Source: an uncultured cyanobacterium (GTDB lineage Bacteria; Cyanobacteriota; Cyanobacteriia; Cyanobacteriales; Nostocaceae). From it: DNA of 64,000 bases. The stretch covers positions 2,240,001 to 2,304,000 of the forward strand of contig CAVUDP010000002.1 of the NCBI GenBank assembly GCA_963740315.1. Direction: 5' to 3'. A model generated the notes under the pieces. The model saw nothing but the letters and a program-made list of their open reading frames with translations, had not been told where the DNA came from and ran no database searches. Positions 21,815-31,296 of this stretch are shown one piece after another (position 1 is the first letter of the stretch; each line of letters starts with the position of its first letter). The position numbers were made by a program, and so were the translations under genes.

Positions 21815-21828
21815 ACAGCATATGTACT
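21815..21828. promoter_or_regulatory. Weak candidate cyanobacterial LexA box upstream of sbcC
   Basis: ACAGCATATGTACT: one perfect GTACT half-site and a degenerate second half relative to RGTACNNNDGTWCB. Confidence 0.3.
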
Positions 21829-21865
21829 GCTATTAATAAAAAGTCAGTGCCCGCAAGTAGCCTAA

Positions 21866-24800
21866 ATGATTCCAGTACAAGTAACATTAAAAAACTTTCT
21901 TAGTTATCAAGACGCAAGTTTAGATTTTAGCGGATTGCATACGGCGTGCATTTGTGGTGCGAATGGCGCTGGCAAATCTTCGCTTTTGGAAGCTATCACT
22001 TGGGTAGTTTGGGGTGAAAGTAGAACTGCTTCAGAGGATGATGTAATTCATACTGGAGCCAAAGATGTTCGCGTTGATTTTACTTTTGCAGCTAACGGAC
22101 AAATTTATAGGGTAATTCGTACTCGTCGTCGGGGTTCTAGTAGTAGTTTGGAGTTTCAAATCGAAACGCCACAAGGGTTTAAGTCTCTGACGGCTAAGGG
22201 TTTAAGAGCGACTCAAGATGTCATACTGAGTCATATTAAGCTCGATTATGATACTTTTATAAATTCTGCTTACTTACGTCAAGGTCGTGCTGATGAGTTT
22301 ATGCTCAAACGTCCGAGCGAGCGTAAGGAAATTTTAGCTGAATTATTAAAGCTAAATCAATATGATGAGTTAGAAGACAAAGCCAAAGATTTAGCGCGTC
22401 ATTTAAAAGCACAAGGAGAGGAGTTAGAGCGCACTTTGGGTTCGATGAAAACTCAAATGCAACAACAAGAAACTATTGCTCAACAAAAAACTGAGTTAGA
22501 AACCGAACTCAACGAACTGCAAAAATTACAGGGTTTTGATAATATTCAGTTACAAAGTTTGCAGGTTGTCGAACATCAGCGCAAAGGTTGGGAAGAGCAA
22601 CTGCATTTTGTTCGGCAACAATATAATAATCTCACGGCTGATAGCAAGCGTTTGGAAAGCGAACAATCTTCTTTGACAAATCAGCTTGAGTCTTTGGAAA
22701 GATTATTAACTCAACAAACAGAAATTAAAAAAGGATACGCCCATTACCAAACTCTGCAATCTCAAGAAGAAGAGATGGGTGTCTTGTTTGCAGAATATCA
22801 AAAGATTTCTCAATTGCGGCAACTACGTCTTTCTGAGTTGAGCAAGCATATTCAAGGAGTTGAGCGACAGTTGCAACAACATCAAGCGCAGTTGGAGGCG
22901 TTAGAGCAACAAGAGCAAGATATTCAGCAGACTCTTAACAATGCGGGTGATGTGGAAGCAGCGCTGCAAAAATTAAAAGCAGCACGTCAGCATCTGAGTA
23001 ATTTAGATAATTTGCAAATGCAGGTTTCTCCAATATTGCAGCAGCGCCAGCAATTGCAAACAGAATTGCATCGCCAAGAAGCGGGTATAAAAGCACGACT
23101 CGAACAGTTAGAGACGACTCAAAGACAATTGCAAAGTCAATCGAGGCGACAACCGCAACTTCAACAAGCGGTTATGGAAGTAGAAACGAAGATTGAAAAG
23201 TTAGATAAAGATAAGATTTATCTGCAACGAGTACAGGAAAAAGGACAGGAAAGACGGCATTTTATGGAGCGCTTGCAGGCTCAACAGCGCGAATATCAAA
23301 GGTTATTAGGGGAATTAGAGCAAAAATTGCAAATGTTACAAAACCCTGATGCTGTTTGTCCTTTGTGCGAACGTCCTTTAGACGAGCATCATTGGAATCG
23401 AGTAGTAGATAAAACCAAGGATGAATTTAAGGATACGCAGGGACAATTATGGGTGTTCCGCGACCAAATGGCGGTATCAGAGCGAGAAATTCAAGTTCTC
23501 AGGCAGGAATATCGGACAGTAAACAGTAAATTGTCGCTTTATGAAGCATTACGGGAGCAAAAGGGAGAATTAAGCGCACAAATACAGGCAACGAGCGAAG
23601 TTGGCTTACAGATACAGCAAATTGCCGACGAAAAAGAGAGATTAGAAAGAACTCTGCATCTAGGTAATTACGCGCCTCAAAAACAAAGCGAATTGCAGGA
23701 GTTAGAAAATTATTTACTTAGTCTTGATTACAACGAACAAAACCACGCTCTAGCTCGTAGCGAAGTTGAAAAATGGCGTTGGGCAGAAATTAAACAAGCA
23801 CAAATTAAAGATGCCCGCAAGCGACAAGCGCATTTAGCAGCCAGAAAACCCGAAATTCAAGGATTAATTAGTCAATTAGAAAATCAAATTAAACTAGAAC
23901 AAACTGATTCCGAAATTGCCAGAGAAATCAAAGATTTAGAAAATAAAATTACCGAGATGGGTTACGACAGCCAACGTCATAACCAAATCCGCATAGATGC
24001 TAGACAAGCTCAGTCTTGGCATTTGCGCCATCAACAACTAGTTAGCGCACAACTCCAGCATCCCGAAATGAAAAGGCGATCGCAGTCTTTGCAAGAAGCT
24101 TTAGCAGCCAGGTTGAGCGAAAAACAACAGTTAGCCGCTCAAATTGACAGCATTGTGGCGCAATTGGAACAATGCAATAATCCCAGCGCTCAAATTCAAG
24201 CTTTAGAGCAGCAATTAGCAAACCGTCGCCGCCAACTTGACGATAAACTCGGTCATTTAGGGCGCTTGCAGCAGCAGTTTCAGTATTTAGAAAACCTGAA
24301 AGTTCAATATACCCAGCAGCAGCAGCAATTAAAGCAAGTTCGTTCAAAGCAGCGAGTTTATCAGGAATTAGCGCAGGCTTTTGGTAAAAATGGCATCCAA
24401 GCATTGATGATTGAAAATGTCTTACCCCAGCTAGAAGCCCAGACAAATCAACTACTTTCCCGATTGAGTGCCAATCAATTACACGTGCAATTTGTAACTC
24501 AAAGAGCGGGTAAAACAAGTAAAGCTAAGAAGAAAGATGCCAAATTAATAGACACCTTAGATATTGTAATTGCCGATGCAAGAGGTACGAGAGCCTATGA
24601 AACTTACTCTGGTGGGGAAGCTTTTAGAATCAACTTTGCAATTCGTTTAGCATTAGCCAAACTATTAGCGCAGCGAGCCGGAGCCGCCTTACAATTACTG
24701 ATAATTGATGAAGGATTTGGTACTCAAGATAGTGAAGGGTGCGACAGATTAATTGCAGCAATCAACGCAATTGCTTCTGACTTTGCCTGCATCCTCACCG

Positions 24801-24892
24801 TAACTCATATGCCCCATTTAAAAGAAGCCTTTGCAGCCAGGATTGAAGTAAATAAAACTCAGGATGGATCTCAAATTAGGATGATGATTTAA
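21866..24892 (+). CDS. sbcC: SbcC/Rad50 SMC-like ATPase
   Basis: Walker A GANGAGKS, long coiled coils, CPLC zinc hook, 'YSGGE', 'IIDEGFG'. Confidence 0.95.
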   Translation: MIPVQVTLKNFLSYQDASLDFSGLHTACICGANGAGKSSLLEAITWVVWGESRTASEDDVIHTGAKDVRVDFTFAANGQIYRVIRTRRRGSSSSLEFQIETPQGFKSLTAKGLRATQDVILSHIKLDYDTFINSAYLRQGRADEFMLKRPSERKEILAELLKLNQYDELEDKAKDLARHLKAQGEELERTLGSMKTQMQQQETIAQQKTELETELNELQKLQGFDNIQLQSLQVVEHQRKGWEEQLHFVRQQYNNLTADSKRLESEQSSLTNQLESLERLLTQQTEIKKGYAHYQTLQSQEEEMGVLFAEYQKISQLRQLRLSELSKHIQGVERQLQQHQAQLEALEQQEQDIQQTLNNAGDVEAALQKLKAARQHLSNLDNLQMQVSPILQQRQQLQTELHRQEAGIKARLEQLETTQRQLQSQSRRQPQLQQAVMEVETKIEKLDKDKIYLQRVQEKGQERRHFMERLQAQQREYQRLLGELEQKLQMLQNPDAVCPLCERPLDEHHWNRVVDKTKDEFKDTQGQLWVFRDQMAVSEREIQVLRQEYRTVNSKLSLYEALREQKGELSAQIQATSEVGLQIQQIADEKERLERTLHLGNYAPQKQSELQELENYLLSLDYNEQNHALARSEVEKWRWAEIKQAQIKDARKRQAHLAARKPEIQGLISQLENQIKLEQTDSEIAREIKDLENKITEMGYDSQRHNQIRIDARQAQSWHLRHQQLVSAQLQHPEMKRRSQSLQEALAARLSEKQQLAAQIDSIVAQLEQCNNPSAQIQALEQQLANRRRQLDDKLGHLGRLQQQFQYLENLKVQYTQQQQQLKQVRSKQRVYQELAQAFGKNGIQALMIENVLPQLEAQTNQLLSRLSANQLHVQFVTQRAGKTSKAKKKDAKLIDTLDIVIADARGTRAYETYSGGEAFRINFAIRLALAKLLAQRAGAALQLLIIDEGFGTQDSEGCDRLIAAINAIASDFACILTVTHMPHLKEAFAARIEVNKTQDGSQIRMMI

Positions 24893-24896
24893 TGTT

Positions 24897-25160
24897 GGGA
24901 GAGGGGGTAGAGGGGGTAGAGGGGGTAGAGGGGGAGATGGGGAGATGGGGAGATGGGGAGATGGGGAGATGGGGAGATGGGGAGATGGGGAGATGGGGAG
25001 ATGGGGAGATGGGGAGATGGGGAGATGGGGAGATGGGGAGATGGGGAGACAAGGAGAGAAGGAGACAAAAACAATTTTAACCTTTAACCTTTGACCTTTG
25101 ACCTTAATTACTCCTCACTCCTAACAACTAACAACTAACAACTAACAACTAACTCCTAAC
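24897..25160. repeat. STRR arrays (GGGGTAGAG, GGGGAGAT, ACCTTT(A/G), CTAACAA)
   Basis: Directly visible tandem units between convergent genes. Confidence 0.92.
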
Positions 25161-26781
25161 TCTTAAGTTTAAATTCATCAAATTTAATTACTTCAGAATC
25201 GGGTTTACTGGTATCAAAACGATAACTACTTACACTACCTTGTTCTGTATCGAAGATGGTGAATACGGTAATTTCATTGCTGGATATATAAGGTAAGGGT
25301 TTACCATTTTCGTCTACAAGCGGCTCTATTGTTGGTACTACTGGCTCTAAACCGTAGGGGTCGCCAATTTCTGTATAATTATTATTATCGGTATTTGGTA
25401 AGTTTTGCCGCTTTCTATCTCCATATGCCGCACCGTAGGAATTACCGACATTTGATGTTTCTAAAAAGTGCATTCCACTGGGACTAACAAAGCGATTCCA
25501 TAAATGAGAATGTCCGTAAAATACTAATTGTACGCCTGCTTTTTCTAATAATGGTATTAAGTCACGAATGATGTAATCTTGTTCTTTGGGATACTCATAA
25601 CGCACTGATGTAATATTACCGTTGTTATCTCGTTCGATTATCTGTACTGGGTTGGTGTAAGCAGGTACGATGTTATCTCCTAAAGTGTGGGGAGGATGAT
25701 GAAACATGACGATTTTATATTTGGCTTGCTGAAATTCGCTGCTATTGAGTTCGTTAACAAGCCAATTATATTGAGTGCTATCTTTAGAAATAGATTCGTA
25801 AATATGCTGTCCGTATCCCCAGTTTTCTGGATTATTTAATTGAGGTGGTTCGGCATATTTCCCTTTATGGCAATCTTCGGTGGTAAAATACCGCCACATA
25901 TTAGTTACATATAAAACTACTAAACGCACATCACCGAAACTTACTGCATAATAACCTTTTCCATTTTCGTCTGGTAAACTAAATATTTTTTCATAAGTAT
26001 CGGTATTGAAGGAATTATCTTTTAAGGATTCTTCCCCGTACAAGTTAGAAGCAACATCGCGGGGAATCGTATCGTTAAATTCTTCATTCAAACTTTTTCC
26101 CGTATTAAAACGCCCCATAACTTCATGATTTCCAATACAGGGAAATATGGGAGCATTTTGAATAATTTCTCCTCCGGTGTAAGTGGTTTGTACGCGATCG
26201 TATTCCATTACATAGTTAGCACTTCCCTGCAAACAAGGGAAAAAAGCATTGCCACGATTATCATCAAACCATTCACTAGCGCGGTCTGGTATATTAACTA
26301 AATCACCAGCGAAAAATACCGCATCAATTCGCTCAAAGGTTTCTTTAACTTTTTGTAAATTTGCTGCTACCATCGGCTTGATTTGATGGTCGGAAGTTAA
26401 TAAAATTTTAAGTGGTTTACCGGGTAATGGTGCGGGTTCAAGAGTATAAGTTTTACTACTAATTAATTCATCGTTTTCTGTAATAGTTGTGACTCGATAA
26501 GGAATTTGCTTACCCGGAATTAGATCGGTTAAATGAGCTTCGTGTCGCCAGATTTCGCGTGAAACGGGTTTTTGATGTCCATCTGCGGTTTGCATTCCAA
26601 ATGAATTTTCGTCTTCTCTTAAATGATTCAGTCTAATACTTGTAGTAGAGACATCAAGAAAATTATTACCGTATGCTACCGCGTGTCGATCGCCCATAAA
26701 TTCGGTAAACCAGACAACTCGTATAGAAGTTTGAGTCGGGAATTGTAAAAATGGTTCGGTTAACAATTTTGGTTTATCCAT
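25156..26781 (-). CDS. Calcineurin-like metallophosphoesterase (purple acid phosphatase-like)
   Basis: 'SDHQ', 'AGDLV', 'GNHE', 'FHHP' and 'GHSH' metal-binding motifs. Confidence 0.9.
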   Translation of the reverse strand: MDKPKLLTEPFLQFPTQTSIRVVWFTEFMGDRHAVAYGNNFLDVSTTSIRLNHLREDENSFGMQTADGHQKPVSREIWRHEAHLTDLIPGKQIPYRVTTITENDELISSKTYTLEPAPLPGKPLKILLTSDHQIKPMVAANLQKVKETFERIDAVFFAGDLVNIPDRASEWFDDNRGNAFFPCLQGSANYVMEYDRVQTTYTGGEIIQNAPIFPCIGNHEVMGRFNTGKSLNEEFNDTIPRDVASNLYGEESLKDNSFNTDTYEKIFSLPDENGKGYYAVSFGDVRLVVLYVTNMWRYFTTEDCHKGKYAEPPQLNNPENWGYGQHIYESISKDSTQYNWLVNELNSSEFQQAKYKIVMFHHPPHTLGDNIVPAYTNPVQIIERDNNGNITSVRYEYPKEQDYIIRDLIPLLEKAGVQLVFYGHSHLWNRFVSPSGMHFLETSNVGNSYGAAYGDRKRQNLPNTDNNNYTEIGDPYGLEPVVPTIEPLVDENGKPLPYISSNEITVFTIFDTEQGSVSSYRFDTSKPDSEVIKFDEFKLKS

Positions 26782-26900
26782 AATGCGATCGCTAGGTAAA
26801 ATACACTTTTATATAAAAGTTTACCCGTTTACCCACAAATTGGTTTGTAGAGACGCGATATATCACGTTTTATCGATCCCCCCTAACCCCCCTTAAAAAG

Positions 26901-27061
26901 CAGGGCTGATTCATTCGATAAAGAAGGTAAATTGTCAATACGATCGCAATCGTCATTCGTCGGGTTTTTATAAAAATGTCAGGTTGTTACAGATACTCTT
27001 AGATAAAAAACCCGACTTCTCAACCGGATTTACAAACTTTTGAGGGAATGAATCAGCCCTG
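26901..27061. mobile_element. 161-bp MITE with perfect 16-bp TIRs and direct target-site duplication
   Basis: CAGGGCTGATTCATTC ... GAATGAATCAGCCCTG flanked by CCCTTAAAAAG on both sides. Confidence 0.88.
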
Positions 27062-27174
27062 CCCTTAAAAAGGGGGGAATTGGAATCAAAGTCACCCTTT
27101 AAAAAGGTGATTTATGGGGATCTAGAAGGTTTTGCTACCGACAACAAGACTAAAAAAACATCCTCTAACAAATG

Positions 27175-28176
27175 TTAACTACTAACTGTATTCTTGCATT
27201 CACCCGCTTGCTCAAATTCGCTAATATTTGACAAAGTTGTTTGAGCGATGTTTTGCAGCGCATTTTTAGTAAAGAAAGCTTGATGTGCGGTGATGACTAC
27301 GTTGGGAAATGTTAGCAAATGTTGAAAAACATCATCTTGAATTACTTCTAATGATAAGTCTTCAAAGAATAAATCCCGTTCTTGTTCGTATACGTCTAAA
27401 CCTACATAGCCTAGTTTCTTGGATTTTAAAGCGTCTATGACTGCTTCTGTATCGACAAGCCCGCCGCGACTGGTGTTGATCAACATCGCTCCGGATTTAA
27501 ATTGCTCTAAAGTTGTGGCGTTAATTAAGTGGTGAGATTCGGGAGTTAACGGACAGTGTAGCGAAACGATGTCCGATGCGGCAAGTAATTCTGAGAATTC
27601 TACATATTTCACGCCCATTTCCAAACAATCGGGGTTTTGATAAATATCGTATGCGAGTAAATTGCAGCCAAATCCCTTCATGATTTGAGCAAAACACATC
27701 CCGATTTTACCCGTACCAACTATACCGACGGTGGAACCATGTAAGTCAAATCCTAATAAACCTTTGAGGGAAAAATTAGATTCGCGAACTCGATTATAAG
27801 CGCGATGGTACTTACGATTTAAAGTTAAAATTAATCCTGCCGCGTGTTCGGCGACTGCATAAGGAGAATAAGCCGGAACTCTGACTACGGTAATTCCTAA
27901 TTCGGTAGCGGCTTTGATATCTACATTGTTGAAACCCGCCGAACGTAAAGCGATCAGCTTCGTTCCTTGTTTAGCGATCGCACTTAAAGTTTCGGGATTT
28001 AACTGGTCGTTAATAAAAGCGCAAATTGCCGGAAATCCTGCTGCCAATGCCGTAGTATCGCGGTTTAACCTTGGCTCAAAAAATACAAACTCGTGAGCGC
28101 CATCGGTATTTGCTTCGGAAAGAAAGTGGCGATCGTAGTTTTTTGTACTGAATACTGCTACTTTCATTACATTCAC
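27175..28176 (-). CDS. ldhA: D-lactate dehydrogenase (D-2-hydroxyacid dehydrogenase)
   Basis: 'RSAGFNNVD', 'RVPAYSP.AVAEH', 'GTGKIG', 'INTSRG', 'LDVYEQE', 'HQAFFT'. Confidence 0.9.
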   Translation of the reverse strand: MNVMKVAVFSTKNYDRHFLSEANTDGAHEFVFFEPRLNRDTTALAAGFPAICAFINDQLNPETLSAIAKQGTKLIALRSAGFNNVDIKAATELGITVVRVPAYSPYAVAEHAAGLILTLNRKYHRAYNRVRESNFSLKGLLGFDLHGSTVGIVGTGKIGMCFAQIMKGFGCNLLAYDIYQNPDCLEMGVKYVEFSELLAASDIVSLHCPLTPESHHLINATTLEQFKSGAMLINTSRGGLVDTEAVIDALKSKKLGYVGLDVYEQERDLFFEDLSLEVIQDDVFQHLLTFPNVVITAHQAFFTKNALQNIAQTTLSNISEFEQAGECKNTVSS

Positions 28177-28298
28177 AGGTTAAAGGTCTGCATGTCAAAG
28201 GTCAAAGGTCAATTAGTAATGGTAAGGTTATCAGGACTCAAAAAGAAAAATTTGAATTTTCACCTTTAACCTCTAACCTTTGACCTTTGACCTATTAA

Positions 28299-30875
28299 TT
28301 ACGACATCTTCAATCCGGCTTTATCGGTTGAATAGTCGTCGAGTTTTACTTTGCAAGGTTGTATATCCCAGATTTCTTGACAATATTCCCAAATTGCCCT
28401 ATCTGAGGAAAATTTACCCATGCGTGCGGAGTTGATAATTGACATCCGAGTCCAGTTTTCTGTATCTCGATAGGCTTCGGAAACTTTATCTTGGGTGTCG
28501 ATGTAGGATTGATAGTCAGCGAATAGCATAAACCTATCTTGGTTAAACAGCGAATCTAACAGCGGTTTAAACAAGTTGCGATCGCCATCGGAAAACTGTC
28601 CGCAGGCTATCAAGTCAATAACCTCTTTTAGCTGGGGATTGGATTCGTAATAGCTTCTGGGGTTATATCCTTTCGCTTTCAATTCGTAAACTTCTGGGGT
28701 GGTTAAACCGCATAAAAAGAAGTTTTCCTCGCCGACTTCTTCGCGAATTTCAACGTTAGCACCGTCAAGAGTACCAATTGTTAAAGCACCGTTGAGGGCA
28801 AATTTCATGTTACCCGTTCCCGAAGCTTCTTTACCAGCAGTGGAAATTTGTTCGGAAAGTTCCGCACCCGCGTAGATAAATTGGCTTGAAGATACGTTGT
28901 AGTTTGGTATGAATGCTACTTTTAAACGTCCGGCTACGTCTGTATCGCTGTTTACTACACTACCAACGGCGTTGATTAATTTGATAATTAATTTGGCGAT
29001 GAAGTAACCGGGGGCTGCTTTACCTGCGAAAATAAATGTCCGGGGTAAGATATCAGCTTGCGGATTTTTCTTGATTCGGTTGTAGAGGGTGATAATGTGG
29101 AAAGCGTTGAGTAACTGACGTTTGTATTCGTGCAGTCGCTTTACCTGTACGTCAAATAAGGAATTGGGATCTACTGTAATTCCGTTGGATTTTTGAATCA
29201 GTTTTGCTAATTCTTCTTTGTTGGCTTGTTTGATTTCGCGCCAAGTTTGTTTGAACTCTTTATCGTCTACAAATTTTTCTAACTTTTTGAGTTCATCCAA
29301 ATTCGTAATCCAATCGGTGCCGATTTTGTCGGTAATTAGGCGAGAAAGTCGGGGATTACCCATCAACAGCCAGCGACGGGGGGTTACACCATTTGTCTTG
29401 TTGATAAACTTTTCTGGGAATAATTCGTAGAAGTCGTGGAGAACATATTTTTTAAGTAGCTCGGTATGAAGTGCCGCTACACCGTTGATTTTATGGCTAC
29501 CGACACAAGCTAAGTTTGCCATGCGGATTTTCCTTTCATCGCCTTCTTCAATCAAAGATAGCCGCGAAATCTTTTCTAAATCTCCGGGAAAACGTTTTCT
29601 AACTTCAGCCAAAAAGCGGAAGTTGATTTCGTAGATGATTTCTAAATGTCTGGGTAATAATCTACCAAAAAGTGCCACGGGCCAGCGTTCTAAAGCTTCT
29701 GGCAACAGGGTATGATTGGTATAAGCAAAGGTATTTTGAGTGATATCCCAAGCTTTATCCCAAGACATTTCATGTTCGTCAATCAGCAACCGCATCAATT
29801 CGGCGATACCAACTGAAGGATGGGTATCGTTAAGCTGAATTGCAGCTTTTTGACCCAAATTATCTAAAGTTTTAAAAATTTGTTGATGGCGACGAAGAAT
29901 ATCTTGCAAGGAACAACAAACAAAGAAATATTGTTGCTGCAAGCGCAATTCTTTACCCTGCATTGTATCGTCGTTAGGGTAGAGAACTTTGGAAATATTT
30001 TCCGAGAACATTTGACTACCTACCGCGCCGATGTAATCACCAGCATTAAAAGCCTGTAAGTCAAATTCATCACTTGCTTCAGCTTTCCACAACCGGAGAA
30101 TATTTACCGTATCCACACCGTAACCCGGTACCGGAGTATCGTAGGGGACTCCAGATACTTTTTGTTGCGGTACCCAACGCGATTGGAAGCGTCCGGTGCG
30201 ATCGTTATATACTTCGGTATGACCGCCAAATTTAACTTCTACGCGATATTCAGGAAGAGGAAGTTCCCAAGCATTGCCAAAAAGCAACCATTTATCGGGG
30301 TTTTCAACTTGCCAACCGTTACGAATAACTTGCTCGAAAATCCCGAATTCATAACGAATTCCATAACCAACAGCGGGGATTTCCAAAGTTGCCAAAGAAT
30401 CTAGATAACAAGCTGCAAGTCTTCCCAAGCCACCGTTACCCAATCCCGGTTCGCTTTCTTGCTCTAATAAATCATCTAGCTCTAACCCGGATTCTTTAAG
30501 AACAGTTTTAATTTTCTCGTAAAGACCAAGATTAATTAAACAATTACCCGTATAGCGTCCCATCAAGAACTCAGCAGACAGGTAGTAAACCGTTTTTACC
30601 TGCTTCTCCATGTGAGTTTCCGCTGTTTTGATGCGTCGTTGCAGAATGCGATCGCGAACGCTATAGGCAACAGCCATATAATAATCGTGCAAAGTAGCGA
30701 AATACTCGCCCTTTCCTTGAACGTAATAAAGACTATCAGCAATGGCACGTTTGAGAGTTTCCTCACTCATACCAGTGCGATCGTCTTCGACTCTAACTTT
30801 AGTGGTGCTAGGAACCGAAATATCTTCCGACGCTAGCTTACTATTTTGTTGCTCGGATGAACTGCTACTTATCAT
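28299..30875 (-). CDS. glgP: Glycogen/alpha-glucan phosphorylase
   Basis: 'GLGNGGLGRLAAC', 'QLNDTHP', 'KRLHEYKRQ', PLP site 'EASGTGNMK'. Confidence 0.97.
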   Translation of the reverse strand: MISSSSSEQQNSKLASEDISVPSTTKVRVEDDRTGMSEETLKRAIADSLYYVQGKGEYFATLHDYYMAVAYSVRDRILQRRIKTAETHMEKQVKTVYYLSAEFLMGRYTGNCLINLGLYEKIKTVLKESGLELDDLLEQESEPGLGNGGLGRLAACYLDSLATLEIPAVGYGIRYEFGIFEQVIRNGWQVENPDKWLLFGNAWELPLPEYRVEVKFGGHTEVYNDRTGRFQSRWVPQQKVSGVPYDTPVPGYGVDTVNILRLWKAEASDEFDLQAFNAGDYIGAVGSQMFSENISKVLYPNDDTMQGKELRLQQQYFFVCCSLQDILRRHQQIFKTLDNLGQKAAIQLNDTHPSVGIAELMRLLIDEHEMSWDKAWDITQNTFAYTNHTLLPEALERWPVALFGRLLPRHLEIIYEINFRFLAEVRKRFPGDLEKISRLSLIEEGDERKIRMANLACVGSHKINGVAALHTELLKKYVLHDFYELFPEKFINKTNGVTPRRWLLMGNPRLSRLITDKIGTDWITNLDELKKLEKFVDDKEFKQTWREIKQANKEELAKLIQKSNGITVDPNSLFDVQVKRLHEYKRQLLNAFHIITLYNRIKKNPQADILPRTFIFAGKAAPGYFIAKLIIKLINAVGSVVNSDTDVAGRLKVAFIPNYNVSSSQFIYAGAELSEQISTAGKEASGTGNMKFALNGALTIGTLDGANVEIREEVGEENFFLCGLTTPEVYELKAKGYNPRSYYESNPQLKEVIDLIACGQFSDGDRNLFKPLLDSLFNQDRFMLFADYQSYIDTQDKVSEAYRDTENWTRMSIINSARMGKFSSDRAIWEYCQEIWDIQPCKVKLDDYSTDKAGLKMS

Positions 30876-30979
30876 AGTGATGTTAGTAAGATATCAAATC
30901 TACACTTATTTCTAACCTATAGTTTTATAACATCCCCTCCCTTACACTTGCTTATTTAATAATTGGAAATTGGGAATAG

Positions 30980-31296
30980 AGAGTTAGGACCACCGGAGTT
31001 AGGAGTTAGGACCACCGGAGTTAGGAGTTAGGACCACCGGAGTTAAGAGTTAAGAGTTAGGAGTTAGGAATTGGGAGTTAGGAATTGGGAGTTAGGACCA
31101 CCGGAATTGGGAGTTAGGACCACCGGAGTTAGGACCACCGGAGTGAGGAGTTAATAATTGCTAATTGTCCCCTTGTCCCCTTGTCCCCTTGTCCCCTTGT
31201 CCCCTTGTCCCCTTGTCCCCTTGTCCCCTTGTCCCCTTGTCCCCTTGTCCCCCTATCTCCCCATCTCCCCCTCTCCCCATCTCCCCATCACCCCTC
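30980..31296. repeat. STRR arrays (GGAGTTA with GGACCACCGGAGTTA variants; CCCCTTGT; CCCCATCT)
   Basis: Directly visible tandem units. Confidence 0.9.

Noticed and set aside
21866..24892. Wadjet/Lamassu-type SMC defence system
   Set aside because: Canonical SbcC with zinc hook and no partner defence genes; separation from sbcD is not unusual
24889..25080. ORFs made of GRWGDGEM / SPSPHLPI repeats (also 14936-15172, 31158-31418, 35179-35401, 36709-36930, 10083-10319)
   Set aside because: Open frames produced by stop-free 8-bp STRR arrays; no RBS or other coding evidence
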